This document shows positions 28,065 through 37,360 of a DNA stretch of 64,000 nt, one piece after another. Each line of letters starts with the position of its first letter. Position 1 is the stretch's first letter. A program made the translations under genes and the position numbers. The notes under the pieces are model-generated. The model had not been told where the DNA came from and searched no databases. It saw only the letters and a program-made list of their open reading frames with translations. Location: NCBI GenBank assembly GCA_036229005.1, contig JAZAMN010000024.1, forward strand, positions 64,001 to 128,000. Direction: 5' to 3'. The DNA is from Myxococcota bacterium. GTDB lineage: Bacteria > Myxococcota_A > UBA796 > CAJQPC01.

Positions 28065-28970
28065 ATGTCGCTACTTCTCTTCCTGGCCACCGCAGAAGCC
28101 CAGGCCCCCTCTCTCGCCTGGAAGTGGGATGGGACGCCGGTTCGCTACGTCAGCGAGATGACGATGAAGAACGGCAGCACCCAGTGGCTGATGGCGCGGA
28201 GGAACACCGAGGCCCGCGCGGGCGAGGTCAGCCTGAGCCTGGCCCTGGTCTGCGTCGGTGATGGCGACGGGCGGGTCGAGGTCGTCTGCGAGATCGAGGG
28301 CGCCAAGATGGACGGGGTCGGCGTCGCCAACGAAGGCGACAGCCTCCAGGTCATCTTCCGGGAGTGGGAGACCGAGCTGAAGACCGCCGATGTCGTGCTC
28401 TCCATGGATGGGGTGGGCCGCGTGCGCAGCCTGGATCTGGAGGGCCTCAGCCGGGGGACCGCGCGCGAGGGGGTGACCAACGAGCTGATGCGCATGTACG
28501 TCACGCGGGCCTTGGCGCCGCTGGACCTGCAGCTCCCCAAGAACGGAGAGGTGGACGGCTCCTGGAAGCAGAAGGGCTCACCGCTGGCCCTGCGCATGAT
28601 CGCCACCACCCGCGCCCCTGGGCTGGAGGGTGTGGCGATCACCTCGGCCGCCACCCAGGGGGGCATGCGCTTGGTCCACGAGGTCACCGGGGAGCAGGAC
28701 GGCTATCCCTTGATCCAGTCCGTCGGGGAAGCCGTCGCGATGATCAGCCCGACCGTCGCTGGGAGCGTCAGCCAGACCGTGGGGATGACGCTCAGCGGGC
28801 AGTGTCTGTTCGACGCGGAGCGCGGCCAGATCAAGGCCTGCAGTCAGGTCATCAACGCGGAGCCCACCGCCCAGAACATGAGCGGGATGTACAACGGGAA
28901 CAAGTACCTGTACCAGACCATCCAGTTCACCCGGGTGGACGACTTCTCGGGCTACGACTGGGTCCAGTAG
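28065..28970 (+). CDS. Hypothetical exported protein
   Basis: Short signal peptide MSLLLFLATAEA; high GC3 codon bias. Confidence 0.65.
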   Translation: MSLLLFLATAEAQAPSLAWKWDGTPVRYVSEMTMKNGSTQWLMARRNTEARAGEVSLSLALVCVGDGDGRVEVVCEIEGAKMDGVGVANEGDSLQVIFREWETELKTADVVLSMDGVGRVRSLDLEGLSRGTAREGVTNELMRMYVTRALAPLDLQLPKNGEVDGSWKQKGSPLALRMIATTRAPGLEGVAITSAATQGGMRLVHEVTGEQDGYPLIQSVGEAVAMISPTVAGSVSQTVGMTLSGQCLFDAERGQIKACSQVINAEPTAQNMSGMYNGNKYLYQTIQFTRVDDFSGYDWVQ

Positions 28971-29021
28971 GCGCAGAGCCCTGGCTGCGTTAACTGACAG
29001 CCACTTTCAATAGGAATCGCC

Positions 29022-29558
29022 ATGCGCAAGCTGATCTCCCTGCCCGCCCTGTTGCTCCTCGCCGCCTGCTCCTCCGCTGAACCCCCCACCGAGCCGGCCA
29101 GCGAGCCCTCCGGCGAGCCCGCCGCCGCACCCGCGCAGGAGGAGCCCGCCCCTGGTGTCGAGGGAGACGCTGTCGCCGCCCCGCGCGCCGCGAGCGTGAA
29201 CCTGAACACCGCCACCGACGCGGAGTTCAAGGCCGCCGTCCCCGGTCTGGGCGACAAGATGGTCCACGAGTTCGAGGAGTACCGGCCCTACGTCTCCATC
29301 GTCCAGTTCCGCAAGGAGATGGGCAAGTACGTGGACGCCGACACCATCGCCACCTACGAGCGCTACGTGTTCGTGCCCGTCGCCTTCAACGACTGCGACG
29401 CCGACACCCTGGCCCAGCTCCCCGGCGTGGACATCGACACCGCCAACGGCCTGATCGCCAAGCGCCCCTTCGCCGACCAGGCTGCGTTCCTGAGCGCGCT
29501 TGGCGAGAGCGTCGAGCCCGCCCAGGTCGAGGCCGCCAAGGCCATGCTCGCGCAGTAG
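29022..29558 (+). CDS. Lipoprotein with two helix-hairpin-helix (ComEA-like) modules
   Basis: LLAAC lipobox; VNLNTAT..VPGLG; FNDCDADTLAQLPGV..LIAKRPF. Confidence 0.8.
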   Translation: MRKLISLPALLLLAACSSAEPPTEPASEPSGEPAAAPAQEEPAPGVEGDAVAAPRAASVNLNTATDAEFKAAVPGLGDKMVHEFEEYRPYVSIVQFRKEMGKYVDADTIATYERYVFVPVAFNDCDADTLAQLPGVDIDTANGLIAKRPFADQAAFLSALGESVEPAQVEAAKAMLAQ

Positions 29559-29567
29559 GGGCTGAAC

Positions 29568-30020
29568 GTGGACACCGAGCGCGGGCTCCGCCTTGCTCTG
29601 ACTGCGAGCCTCCCCGCCCTGGGGCTGGCCGCGATCGTGGAGCTCGCGCTGGCCGGTCACACCCAGGACCCCGTCCAGTGGCTCCCCTTTGTCCTCGCTG
29701 GCGCCGGGGTGCTCACTGGGGCGTGGTTGCTTGCCGCCCCCAGCCGAATCGGTGTGCACATCACCCGGGGCACCATGGTCCTCCTCGCCCTCGGAGGCCT
29801 CTTCGGCATCTGGGAGCACCTGGAGCACAACCTGAACTTCCAGCGCGAGATCCGCCCCAACGCCGAGCTGGCGGAGCTTCTCTCGGAGGCGATCCAGGGG
29901 GGAAGCCCACTGTTGGCCCCTGGAATGTTCCTTGCGCTCACCGCTCTGGGTTGGATGGCCACCTGGCGCCACCCGGCACTCTCGCCCACCAGCGAGGACA
30001 CCTCGGCGCCCGGCGACTGA
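29568..30020 (+). CDS. Small 4-TM membrane protein
   Basis: Hydrophobic segments; G.WEH, P.LAPG. Confidence 0.7.
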   Translation: MDTERGLRLALTASLPALGLAAIVELALAGHTQDPVQWLPFVLAGAGVLTGAWLLAAPSRIGVHITRGTMVLLALGGLFGIWEHLEHNLNFQREIRPNAELAELLSEAIQGGSPLLAPGMFLALTALGWMATWRHPALSPTSEDTSAPGD

Positions 30021-30037
30021 TGGCTGGAGACTGAGCG

Positions 30038-32131
30038 TCACACCAGGTCGCTGACCTCCTCCCAGAAGTCGCCGAAGTGCACGCGGTTGACCTGCTTGCC
30101 CATCTTGATGGTCTCCATGCCCACCGCCCGCACGACGTGGCGCTGGTGCACGGCCACGCCCTCGGTGGCGGCCAGAATGCAGGCCTGGATGCCCGCGTTG
30201 ATGATGGGGCCGCCGCTCAGGATGAACTGGTCGGCGATGTACTTGAGGGCCAGGTCGTTGCCGCGGGGCGCGCCCTTGGGCAGAGCCCGCTCCCAGAGCT
30301 CGAGGCGCTGGTCCGCGTTGGGCATGGGGAACTCGACCACCGCGCCGAAGCGGCGCAGGAAGGCCTCGTCGATGTTCTCCTGCAGGTTGGTGGTCAGGAT
30401 GGCCGCGCCCTCGAAGACCTCCAGGCGCTGCAGCAGGAAGCTGACCTCCTGGTTGGCGAAGCGGTCCTGGGCCTGCTTCACGTCGCCGCGTGAGCCGAAC
30501 AGGGAGTCGGCCTCGTCAAAGAGGATGACGGCTGTTCCGCCCTCCGCCGCGTCGAAGATCTCCTTGAGGTTCTTCTCGGTCTCGCCCACCCAGCGGGAGA
30601 TGACCTGGGAGAGGTCGACCTTGAAGAGGTCCAGGCCCAACCGACCGGCGATCACCTCGGCCGCCATGGTCTTTCCGGTGCCTGGGCCGCCGGAGAACAG
30701 GGCCTTGATGCCGTAGCCGCGGGCGCGGATGTCCCGGGCGCCCCAGCGGTGGAACACCGTCTCCTGGTGCTCCAGGTAGTCGACCAGGCCCTGGAGCTGG
30801 TCCTTGATCTTCTTGTTGAGGATCAGATCGCCCCAGTCGTAGCGGGGGACCACGTGCTGGGCCATCCCGCGGAACTCGGGGCGGCTGCCCTCCCGCGCGG
30901 CGGCCCAGAGGACCTCCTGCTTGGGCTGCTTGCCGCCGGACTCGGCCTCGGCGCGGTCCAGCACGCGCTGGATGGTCGTCCCGCCCACGCTGTAGAAGCG
31001 CTCGGCGATGTCCGGGGCCACAGTGCTGTCCCAGCCCTTGGACTCCAGGGCGTCGGTCCAGGCGTCCACGCGCTCGGTGTAGGTGGACTTGCCGCACATG
31101 ATGGTGACGGACGCCCGCTGGCTCCCGAGCAGGGTGTTCACGCTGCGGCGGTCGGCGGCGCCCACCAGCACCGGGCACTCCAGCGTGCTGATCGCGGAGC
31201 CCAGGGTGATGAGCTTGAGGCGCTGGGCGGGGTCGTCCTGGGCCTCGACCACGTTGACCATCAGGGGGATGGCGCGGGACAGGCGCAGCTCGCGCACCAG
31301 GTCCCAGGGCTGCTCCAGGTACTCGACGCAGCGCTCCAGGTCGACCTTGACCAGGGGGCGCTTGCAGCGGCGGGCGATGGCCATGGCGGCGCCCTCGCGG
31401 GAGCCGGCGGAGGCGCCAACGACCACGTAGGTGTGGGGCCGGTCCAGTCCCTCACCGAGCTCATCCAGGCGGTCGTTGACGCTGGAGGGGACGAAGGGCT
31501 CGAAGTGCGTGGGCAGGGGCGTGAACCCCGGCGAGCTGGGCAGCTCCTCCTCCTCCAGCAGCCAGCGCAACAGGCGGCTTGATGGGTGGACGCGCCGCGC
31601 GGTGTGGGTCTCGGCGCCCTCCTCTGGGTAGAGCAGGAGCAGGCGGTTGCGCACCAGGGGCGCGCTGGACATCAGCCGGGACTGGAGGGCCAGGCGCTGC
31701 AGGCGCTCGGTGCGCAGCACACGAGTGGCCAGGTCAACCGTGAGAAAACCCAGGTTCAAGTTGTCGTTCAGGTAGGCGAAGATCTTGGAGTAACCGGCGC
31801 TGATCTCGGGGGCCAGGGCCAAGAGGATCAGGTCGGTGTCGTCGCCGCCCAGCCCAAAGGCCTCGCGCAGGCGCTCCAGTCGGCCGCCGGGGGCATCGCG
31901 GAGCTGCTCGCTGGCGGCGATGGCCGCGTCCAGGCCGTCGGAGAGGGTGGGGTAGTCGATCTCGCCATGGGCGCGCAGCAGCGCATCGACCTCGTCGTCG
32001 GTGATGACGGAGCCCCAGAACTGGCCCTTGGCGCGCATGGCGGGACGGGCGCGCTGGCGGCGGACGGCGCGCAGCAGGAGCAGGTCGGTGCGACGGAGGC
32101 GCCGCGCCAGCTCCTCAAAGATGGTGGCCAT
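30038..32131 (-). CDS. CIS AAA+ ATPase (Afp15/Pvc15-like)
   Basis: N-terminal LLALAPEI..Y.KIFAYLND; WGDLIL; GGPGTGKTMAAE; ISRWVGETEKNL; FDEADSLFG; AFLRRF. Confidence 0.92.
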   Translation of the reverse strand: MATIFEELARRLRRTDLLLLRAVRRQRARPAMRAKGQFWGSVITDDEVDALLRAHGEIDYPTLSDGLDAAIAASEQLRDAPGGRLERLREAFGLGGDDTDLILLALAPEISAGYSKIFAYLNDNLNLGFLTVDLATRVLRTERLQRLALQSRLMSSAPLVRNRLLLLYPEEGAETHTARRVHPSSRLLRWLLEEEELPSSPGFTPLPTHFEPFVPSSVNDRLDELGEGLDRPHTYVVVGASAGSREGAAMAIARRCKRPLVKVDLERCVEYLEQPWDLVRELRLSRAIPLMVNVVEAQDDPAQRLKLITLGSAISTLECPVLVGAADRRSVNTLLGSQRASVTIMCGKSTYTERVDAWTDALESKGWDSTVAPDIAERFYSVGGTTIQRVLDRAEAESGGKQPKQEVLWAAAREGSRPEFRGMAQHVVPRYDWGDLILNKKIKDQLQGLVDYLEHQETVFHRWGARDIRARGYGIKALFSGGPGTGKTMAAEVIAGRLGLDLFKVDLSQVISRWVGETEKNLKEIFDAAEGGTAVILFDEADSLFGSRGDVKQAQDRFANQEVSFLLQRLEVFEGAAILTTNLQENIDEAFLRRFGAVVEFPMPNADQRLELWERALPKGAPRGNDLALKYIADQFILSGGPIINAGIQACILAATEGVAVHQRHVVRAVGMETIKMGKQVNRVHFGDFWEEVSDLV

Positions 32132-32137
32132 GAATCC

Positions 32138-32758
32138 TCAGATGGTCTTCTTCATGTCGCCGAAGCGGCCCAGGCTGGCCTGGCTGGCGTCGTCCTGGCC
32201 GGAGAGGATGTCCCGGGCGATCTTGTCGACCACGTCCTGGTGGCTCATCCCCATCTTGCGCAGGGCCCAGTAGCCGGCGATGGGATCCGGATCGGAGTCC
32301 AGGCTCGCGGGCTTCTCGTCGGGGCCCTGATCGGCCTCGGCGGAGTGGCCACCGGCGCCCTCAAGGGTGTCGCTGGACTTGTTGCCGCCGCCGGGCTGGA
32401 TGCCGGTCTCACCACCCTTCATGCGGTGGAGCACCATGCGCTCAACGGCGCGGGCGGCGACCTCCTCCGCGTCGTGGATGGCGTGGCTGAGCTGCCCGTC
32501 CCGGCCGTGCTCGACGTGGTACTGCTCGTGGGCGTACAGCGCCGCGTGCTCGGGGCGGGCGGGGTCGAAGTCCTCGGGCACGATGATGGTGTTGTCCACC
32601 GTCATCGCCTCGCCGCCAAGCGCCTTGAGGGCGCGGGTCGCGGCCGGTCCGGTGTAGGCCTCACCCTGGCCGGGCACGGTCACCCGTCGGAGGCCACCCT
32701 CCTCTTCGCGGTCGAAGAGTCGGTCGACCAGATCCTCGCCGGGATATGCACGGGGCAT
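32138..32758 (-). CDS. DUF4157 (eCIS core domain) protein
   Basis: YTGPAATRALKALGGEAMTVDNTI..FDP..ALYAHEQYHV..EEVAARAVE; GGAGG SD. Confidence 0.8.
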   Translation of the reverse strand: MPRAYPGEDLVDRLFDREEEGGLRRVTVPGQGEAYTGPAATRALKALGGEAMTVDNTIIVPEDFDPARPEHAALYAHEQYHVEHGRDGQLSHAIHDAEEVAARAVERMVLHRMKGGETGIQPGGGNKSSDTLEGAGGHSAEADQGPDEKPASLDSDPDPIAGYWALRKMGMSHQDVVDKIARDILSGQDDASQASLGRFGDMKKTI

Positions 32759-34115
32759 GTCTGAGTCCTCCAGCGGTGCCGAGCCCAAGCATAGCCTGAT
32801 CTTGCGTCCTTCCGGCATCTTGAGCGCCGGAAAGCTGCTCTCCGGCCACGAGCTGGTGATCGCCGACGGGAGGAACGCGGCGCTCCGACCCGCCACGGGC
32901 CCAGAGAACCTCCCTGGGCGCCTGCTGCTCCCGGGCTTCGTCAACGCCCACAGCCACGCCTTCCAGCGGGGCTTGCGCGGACACGTCCAGTGGCGCAGCG
33001 GGGACGACGACTTCTGGTCGTGGCGGGAGCGCATGTATGCCCTGGCCACCGGACTGGACCCCCAGGGGGTCGAAGATGTGAGCGCGCTGGCCTTCCTCGA
33101 GATGGCCCAGGCCGGCTTCACGACCGTGGGGGAGTTCCACTACCTGCACCACAGCCCCGACGGCCGCCCCTACGCCGACCCGGACGAGCTGGCCCGGCGG
33201 GTGATCCGCGCCGCGCGCCGGGTGGGCATCCGCATCTGCCTGCTCCGCGTCGCCTACGGCCGCGCCGGATTCGAGCAGCCCGCGAACCGTCGCCAGCGCC
33301 GCTTCATCGACCGGGATCCCGACGCGGCGCTCCTGGCCGCCAAGCGCCTCGCTCGCATCGAGGATCCCAAGGTGTCCGTGGGCCTCGCGCCGCACTCGGT
33401 GAGGGCCTGCCCGCGTCGCTGGCTCCAGGCCTTCTCCTCCTTCGAAGGTCCCGTGCACATGCACGTCTCCGAGCAGCCCGGGGAGAACCGGCAGTGCATC
33501 GACGAGACCCAGGTGAGCCCCACTGCGCTGATCGATGAGTGCGGCCTGCTCTCCCCGCGATTCCACGCTGTCCACATGACCTGGCCCACGGCTGGGGATG
33601 CAGACCGGCTGCGGCGCTCAGGAGCGGGCGTGGTCGCATGCCCCACCACCGAGCTCGATCTCGGCGACGGCTTCCTGCAGCAGGACCAACTCGAGGGGGT
33701 GCCTCTGTCCATCGGCACCGACAGCCACGCCCGCATCGACCCCTTCGCGGAGATCCGGGCGCTGGAGCTGCACGCGCGCGGGCTCCAGGGGCGGCGGAAC
33801 GTGCTCTCACCCCCCGAACAGGTAGACGGTCTCGCTCTCCGCCTGCTGGACATCGGGGCGCGCGGCGGCGCTGCGGCCTTGGGCCTTGAGGGGGGGACCG
33901 GCGCGGTGGGTGAGCCCGCGGACTGGATCGGGGTGGATCTGAACGACCCTGTCCTCGCTTGCGCCCGGATGCTGCCCGCGGTGGTGATGGCCGGACATGT
34001 GGGGATGGTGACCCACTCGTGGGTGGGGGGTGATCCCGTCCTCGTCGACCGCAGACATCCCCTGCAGGCGGAGATCCTGGAGGCCGCGACCCGCGCATTG
34101 GCTACGGTCCCGTAA
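32757..34115 (+). CDS. hutF: Formimidoylglutamate deiminase (start uncertain)
   Basis: PGFVNAHSHAFQRGLRG, FWSWRERMY, GEFHYLHH, APHSVRA, HMHVSEQ, CPTTE.DLGDG. Confidence 0.88.
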   Translation: MSESSSGAEPKHSLILRPSGILSAGKLLSGHELVIADGRNAALRPATGPENLPGRLLLPGFVNAHSHAFQRGLRGHVQWRSGDDDFWSWRERMYALATGLDPQGVEDVSALAFLEMAQAGFTTVGEFHYLHHSPDGRPYADPDELARRVIRAARRVGIRICLLRVAYGRAGFEQPANRRQRRFIDRDPDAALLAAKRLARIEDPKVSVGLAPHSVRACPRRWLQAFSSFEGPVHMHVSEQPGENRQCIDETQVSPTALIDECGLLSPRFHAVHMTWPTAGDADRLRRSGAGVVACPTTELDLGDGFLQQDQLEGVPLSIGTDSHARIDPFAEIRALELHARGLQGRRNVLSPPEQVDGLALRLLDIGARGGAAALGLEGGTGAVGEPADWIGVDLNDPVLACARMLPAVVMAGHVGMVTHSWVGGDPVLVDRRHPLQAEILEAATRALATVP

Positions 34116-34132
34116 CTCCAGAGGATCCGGGC

Positions 34133-35287
34133 TCAGGATCCGAAGCAGCGCCGCCGGACCACGTCCTGGACCATGCCGACGGCCTGAGACAGCGCACGCA
34201 CTTCTACGTACTCGTCGGGGGCGTGCGCGACGTCGATGGAGCCGGGCCCGAAGATCAGCGAGCTCACGCCCAGATCCGCGAGGTTCCCGCCGTCCGTCGC
34301 GAAGCTTGCCGCCGCGGGCTCTCCTCCACAGCAGTGGGGCTCGAGCAGGCCCTGCAGCGGGATCCCTTCGGGGGTGAGCATGGCGGGCGTGGCGCGGAGC
34401 TGGCGCATGGTCCAGGTGCAGCCCTTGGGGAGGCTGGTGTTCTCCAGGCGCTCGCGGAGCCGGTGCTGGAGGGCGTCGGGGGTGTCTCCGGGGAGCGGTC
34501 GGTAGCCCAGCCGTAGCACCGCCCGGTCGGGGACCATGTTGACCGCGGAGCCCGCCGAGAGGGTGCCCGCGTTGAGGGTCACGTAGGGGCGATCCAGGTA
34601 GCGCTCCAGGCGCCGCTCCTGCATCAGGTCGGCCTCCAACCCGTTGATCACCTCGATCAGGCGCATCATCCCCTTGATGGCGCTGGCGCCCAGGTCCGGC
34701 TTGGAGGAGTGCGCGGAGACCCCCCGCACCTCCAGTTCCACGGCGACGTGTCCGGGGTGCATGCGGAAGATCTGGAAATCGGTGGGCTCTCCGATCCAGC
34801 ACTCCTTGGGCAGCGGGCGCGGGTCCTGGGAGTAGAGGCTTGCAATGCGCGCGGAGCCTACGCAGCCCACCTCCTCGTCATGTGTCCACGCCAACACCAG
34901 CGGCTTGGACAGCTTGGTGACGTCGAGGTCATCGAGGCCCGTGATCGCGGCGGCGATGAAGCCCTTCATGTCGGAGCTTCCCCGCCCCACCAGTCGGTCG
35001 CCCACTGCGGTCAGGGTGAAGGGATCGGAGGACCACTCCTGGCCCTCCACGGGGACCACATCCAGGTGCCCGCTGAGCATGAGGCCCTCGCCGGGCATGT
35101 CGTCGGGGCCGGCGAACGCGAGCACGTTGGCCTTCCCGGGGCGGTCGGGGTCCTCCTGGAGCTCCACGCGGAAGCCTTGGTCCTCGGCGCGTTGGGCCAC
35201 GTAGGCCGCGAGCTCGATCATGGGGCGGTTGGAGACGGTCGGGGCGGCGACCATGCGCTCCAAGGTCCTGATCTCAGGCCGATTCAT
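34133..35287 (-). CDS. argE: Acetylornithine deacetylase (M20 family)
   Basis: LSGHLDVVP, GRGSSDMKGF, DEEVGC, IGEPT, GPGSIDVAHAPDEYV. Confidence 0.85.
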   Translation of the reverse strand: MNRPEIRTLERMVAAPTVSNRPMIELAAYVAQRAEDQGFRVELQEDPDRPGKANVLAFAGPDDMPGEGLMLSGHLDVVPVEGQEWSSDPFTLTAVGDRLVGRGSSDMKGFIAAAITGLDDLDVTKLSKPLVLAWTHDEEVGCVGSARIASLYSQDPRPLPKECWIGEPTDFQIFRMHPGHVAVELEVRGVSAHSSKPDLGASAIKGMMRLIEVINGLEADLMQERRLERYLDRPYVTLNAGTLSAGSAVNMVPDRAVLRLGYRPLPGDTPDALQHRLRERLENTSLPKGCTWTMRQLRATPAMLTPEGIPLQGLLEPHCCGGEPAAASFATDGGNLADLGVSSLIFGPGSIDVAHAPDEYVEVRALSQAVGMVQDVVRRRCFGS

Positions 35288-35960
35288 CTGGCTTCTCCTC
35301 GTCTTCGTCCTGCTCGGTCCACCAGTCGTGGGGCCGCCTGGCCTTCATCCCGACGCGCTGCAACATGGGCTGCACGGCCAGGATGCGGTCGGCGATTTTG
35401 AGCTCGGGGGGTGGTGTGCGCGAGGCACATCGCTGCTCTTCGCTGATGCCGTCGCCGGCAGCGGGGGCCTCGCTGCCGGGCTGCTGCTTGCCGTCCATCC
35501 GGTTTCGGACCTGCTCGGGGATGGCCTCGAAGGCCGCCGACTCTGCCTGGAGCGCGCGCTCGAGGATCTGCGTGGCTCGCCCGATGTCTCCGCGGCAGAG
35601 GGCCTCGCCGGCGCGCTTCATCCCTTGGGCGGCCTCCGCCCAGCGCCCGGGCTCGGGGACGTGAAATCCGGGCCTTCCCAGGAAGACCGCCCGGTACCAG
35701 TCGTTCTGGTCGCGGAGCGCGGAGGCCTCCATCTGCTGGACCTGCTGCATCGTCTGGAGGCGCTCCACGATGAAGTCCAGCAATCGGTCGCGCTTGGCGC
35801 TGTTGTTGGAGAGCTGCTCCTGGAGGGCCTCGTTGCCGAGCTTCGCGCCGGCGCGGAGTTGCTTGGAGGCCTGATCACCGGGCCCAGTCAGAGAGCCGCC
35901 GTGACGGATCCTGGACGTGGGCTTGTTCCGGAGCAGGTTCTTCTTGTGCTGCCGATCCAT
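35274..35960 (-). CDS. Hypothetical helical protein, possibly CIS-associated
   Basis: ATG preceded by TACACT-N6; LGNEALQEQL motif; overlaps the argE start. Confidence 0.65.
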   Translation of the reverse strand: MDRQHKKNLLRNKPTSRIRHGGSLTGPGDQASKQLRAGAKLGNEALQEQLSNNSAKRDRLLDFIVERLQTMQQVQQMEASALRDQNDWYRAVFLGRPGFHVPEPGRWAEAAQGMKRAGEALCRGDIGRATQILERALQAESAAFEAIPEQVRNRMDGKQQPGSEAPAAGDGISEEQRCASRTPPPELKIADRILAVQPMLQRVGMKARRPHDWWTEQDEDEEKPDESA

Positions 35961-36000
35961 GGAGCAAGTGTAGCCGCCCGCGGGCCGCGCGCCCCGTCGC

Positions 36001-36030
36001 TTGACCGTGGAGAAAACACTTCGGTAGGCT
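36001..36030 (+). promoter_or_regulatory. Candidate sigma70-type promoter for the CIS structural operon
   Basis: TTGACC-N18-TAGGCT in the divergent intergenic region. Confidence 0.45.
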
Positions 36031-36116
36031 CTCATCACCGTCGAGGGCCGGCACCGCCCTCGGCAAGCCCAAGGACAACCGTCTTGCAGTCGTTGCTACT
36101 TCGCCTACACCGGAGG

Positions 36117-36512
36117 GTGCCCGGTGAGCGCCAACTGGGGGTAGGGCCGACGACGGCTCAGGCTCAAGAGCGCCTGGACCGGGAGGTCCTGACGGGGAAG
36201 GACGCGTGGGAGCCCAAGCTGCCGGCGCGCACGGGCAAGCAGCGACGCTCCCAGATGCGGGTCGAGGCGGGCCCCAACGCCCCTCAGCTCATCCGCCTGG
36301 TGCGGACCCCCTACTCCATGAGTGCGGCCTGGATCCGGCGTCAGCCCTATGCGGAGATCGGAATGCCGGAGCGCCTGGAGCGGGTGGTCAGCGAGCCCTT
36401 GATGCGCCTCGCTCAGGAGGAACGAGGGACCCTGGAGCGTCCCGGTTCCAAGGATCGCCCCCGGCCGTGGCTGCCCGATCGGAGAAACTGGACGCTGCGG
36501 GGTGAGGAATGA
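36117..36512 (+). CDS. Hypothetical protein leading the CIS operon (start uncertain)
   Basis: Open frame whose TGA overlaps the Pvc16 ATG (ATGA). Confidence 0.45.
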   Translation: MPGERQLGVGPTTAQAQERLDREVLTGKDAWEPKLPARTGKQRRSQMRVEAGPNAPQLIRLVRTPYSMSAAWIRRQPYAEIGMPERLERVVSEPLMRLAQEERGTLERPGSKDRPRPWLPDRRNWTLRGEE

Positions 36513-37357
36513 AGATCCCCGCTCCGCAGAGCTTCCAGGTCGGCAAGTACTCGTCGCCGAACATCATCGGCGAGACCACGGAGGCGGTTCACAAGCTGCT
36601 CCTGGACAGCTACGACGTCAGCGACCGCCCGCCGCGCCTTGAAGAGGACCTCAGCTTCACCCCGAAGGATCGGGAGGAGGTCATCTACGTCTACATGTAC
36701 CGGGCCGCGCAGAACCCCAACCTGCAGCGTCAGAAGCGTCTGCAGTTGGCGCCGGTCGAGGTCCCCAATGATCGCGGCGGGGTAGACGTCTTCTACCACC
36801 GGCCGCCGCTGCTCATGGACCTGTTCTACCTGGTCTGCGTGCACAGTCGCTTCCGCTCGGACGCGGAGCGGCTGTTGGGTTGGGTGCTGCTCACCCTGCA
36901 CTACACCCCCAAGCTGGTCTACCGGCCCCGGCGCTTTCTGCTCCCGGATGGCCGGCTGGTCGACTCCTTCGGTCGCCCCTGGCAGGACCAGGTCAACATC
37001 GAGGAGGCGGGCCTGGTCGCGGAGAAGGTCTCGCTCGCTCAGGTGGACGATCTGACCGTCGGTGACGCGATCAACTTGTTCACGCTCCACGAAGCCCCGT
37101 ATCGTCCCTTCCTGACCTACCGGGCGCGCGTTGCCCTGGATGGCCCCCTGGTGAGCACCGAGGGTGGCTCCACCATCGAGATGGGCAAGAAGGAAACGGA
37201 GATGTTGGAGACCAACTACCCTCATCGGAAGAGCCGGCCGAGCGGGCGCATCGGTCGCCCCCAGATGCCTTCCCGAATTCAAGAACCCCCTGGGCCGAAG
37301 GCCCACAATCTGCGCAAGCGGCATGAACGCATTGCCGACAACGACAGCGAGGAGTGA
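36509..37357 (+). CDS. Pvc16/Afp16 (DUF4255) CIS cap/terminator protein
   Basis: IYVYMYRAAQNPNLQ, PPLLMDLFYLV, ERLLGWVLLTLHYTP, YRPFLTYRARV. Confidence 0.85.
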   Translation: MKIPAPQSFQVGKYSSPNIIGETTEAVHKLLLDSYDVSDRPPRLEEDLSFTPKDREEVIYVYMYRAAQNPNLQRQKRLQLAPVEVPNDRGGVDVFYHRPPLLMDLFYLVCVHSRFRSDAERLLGWVLLTLHYTPKLVYRPRRFLLPDGRLVDSFGRPWQDQVNIEEAGLVAEKVSLAQVDDLTVGDAINLFTLHEAPYRPFLTYRARVALDGPLVSTEGGSTIEMGKKETEMLETNYPHRKSRPSGRIGRPQMPSRIQEPPGPKAHNLRKRHERIADNDSEE

Positions 37358-37360
37358 TCC

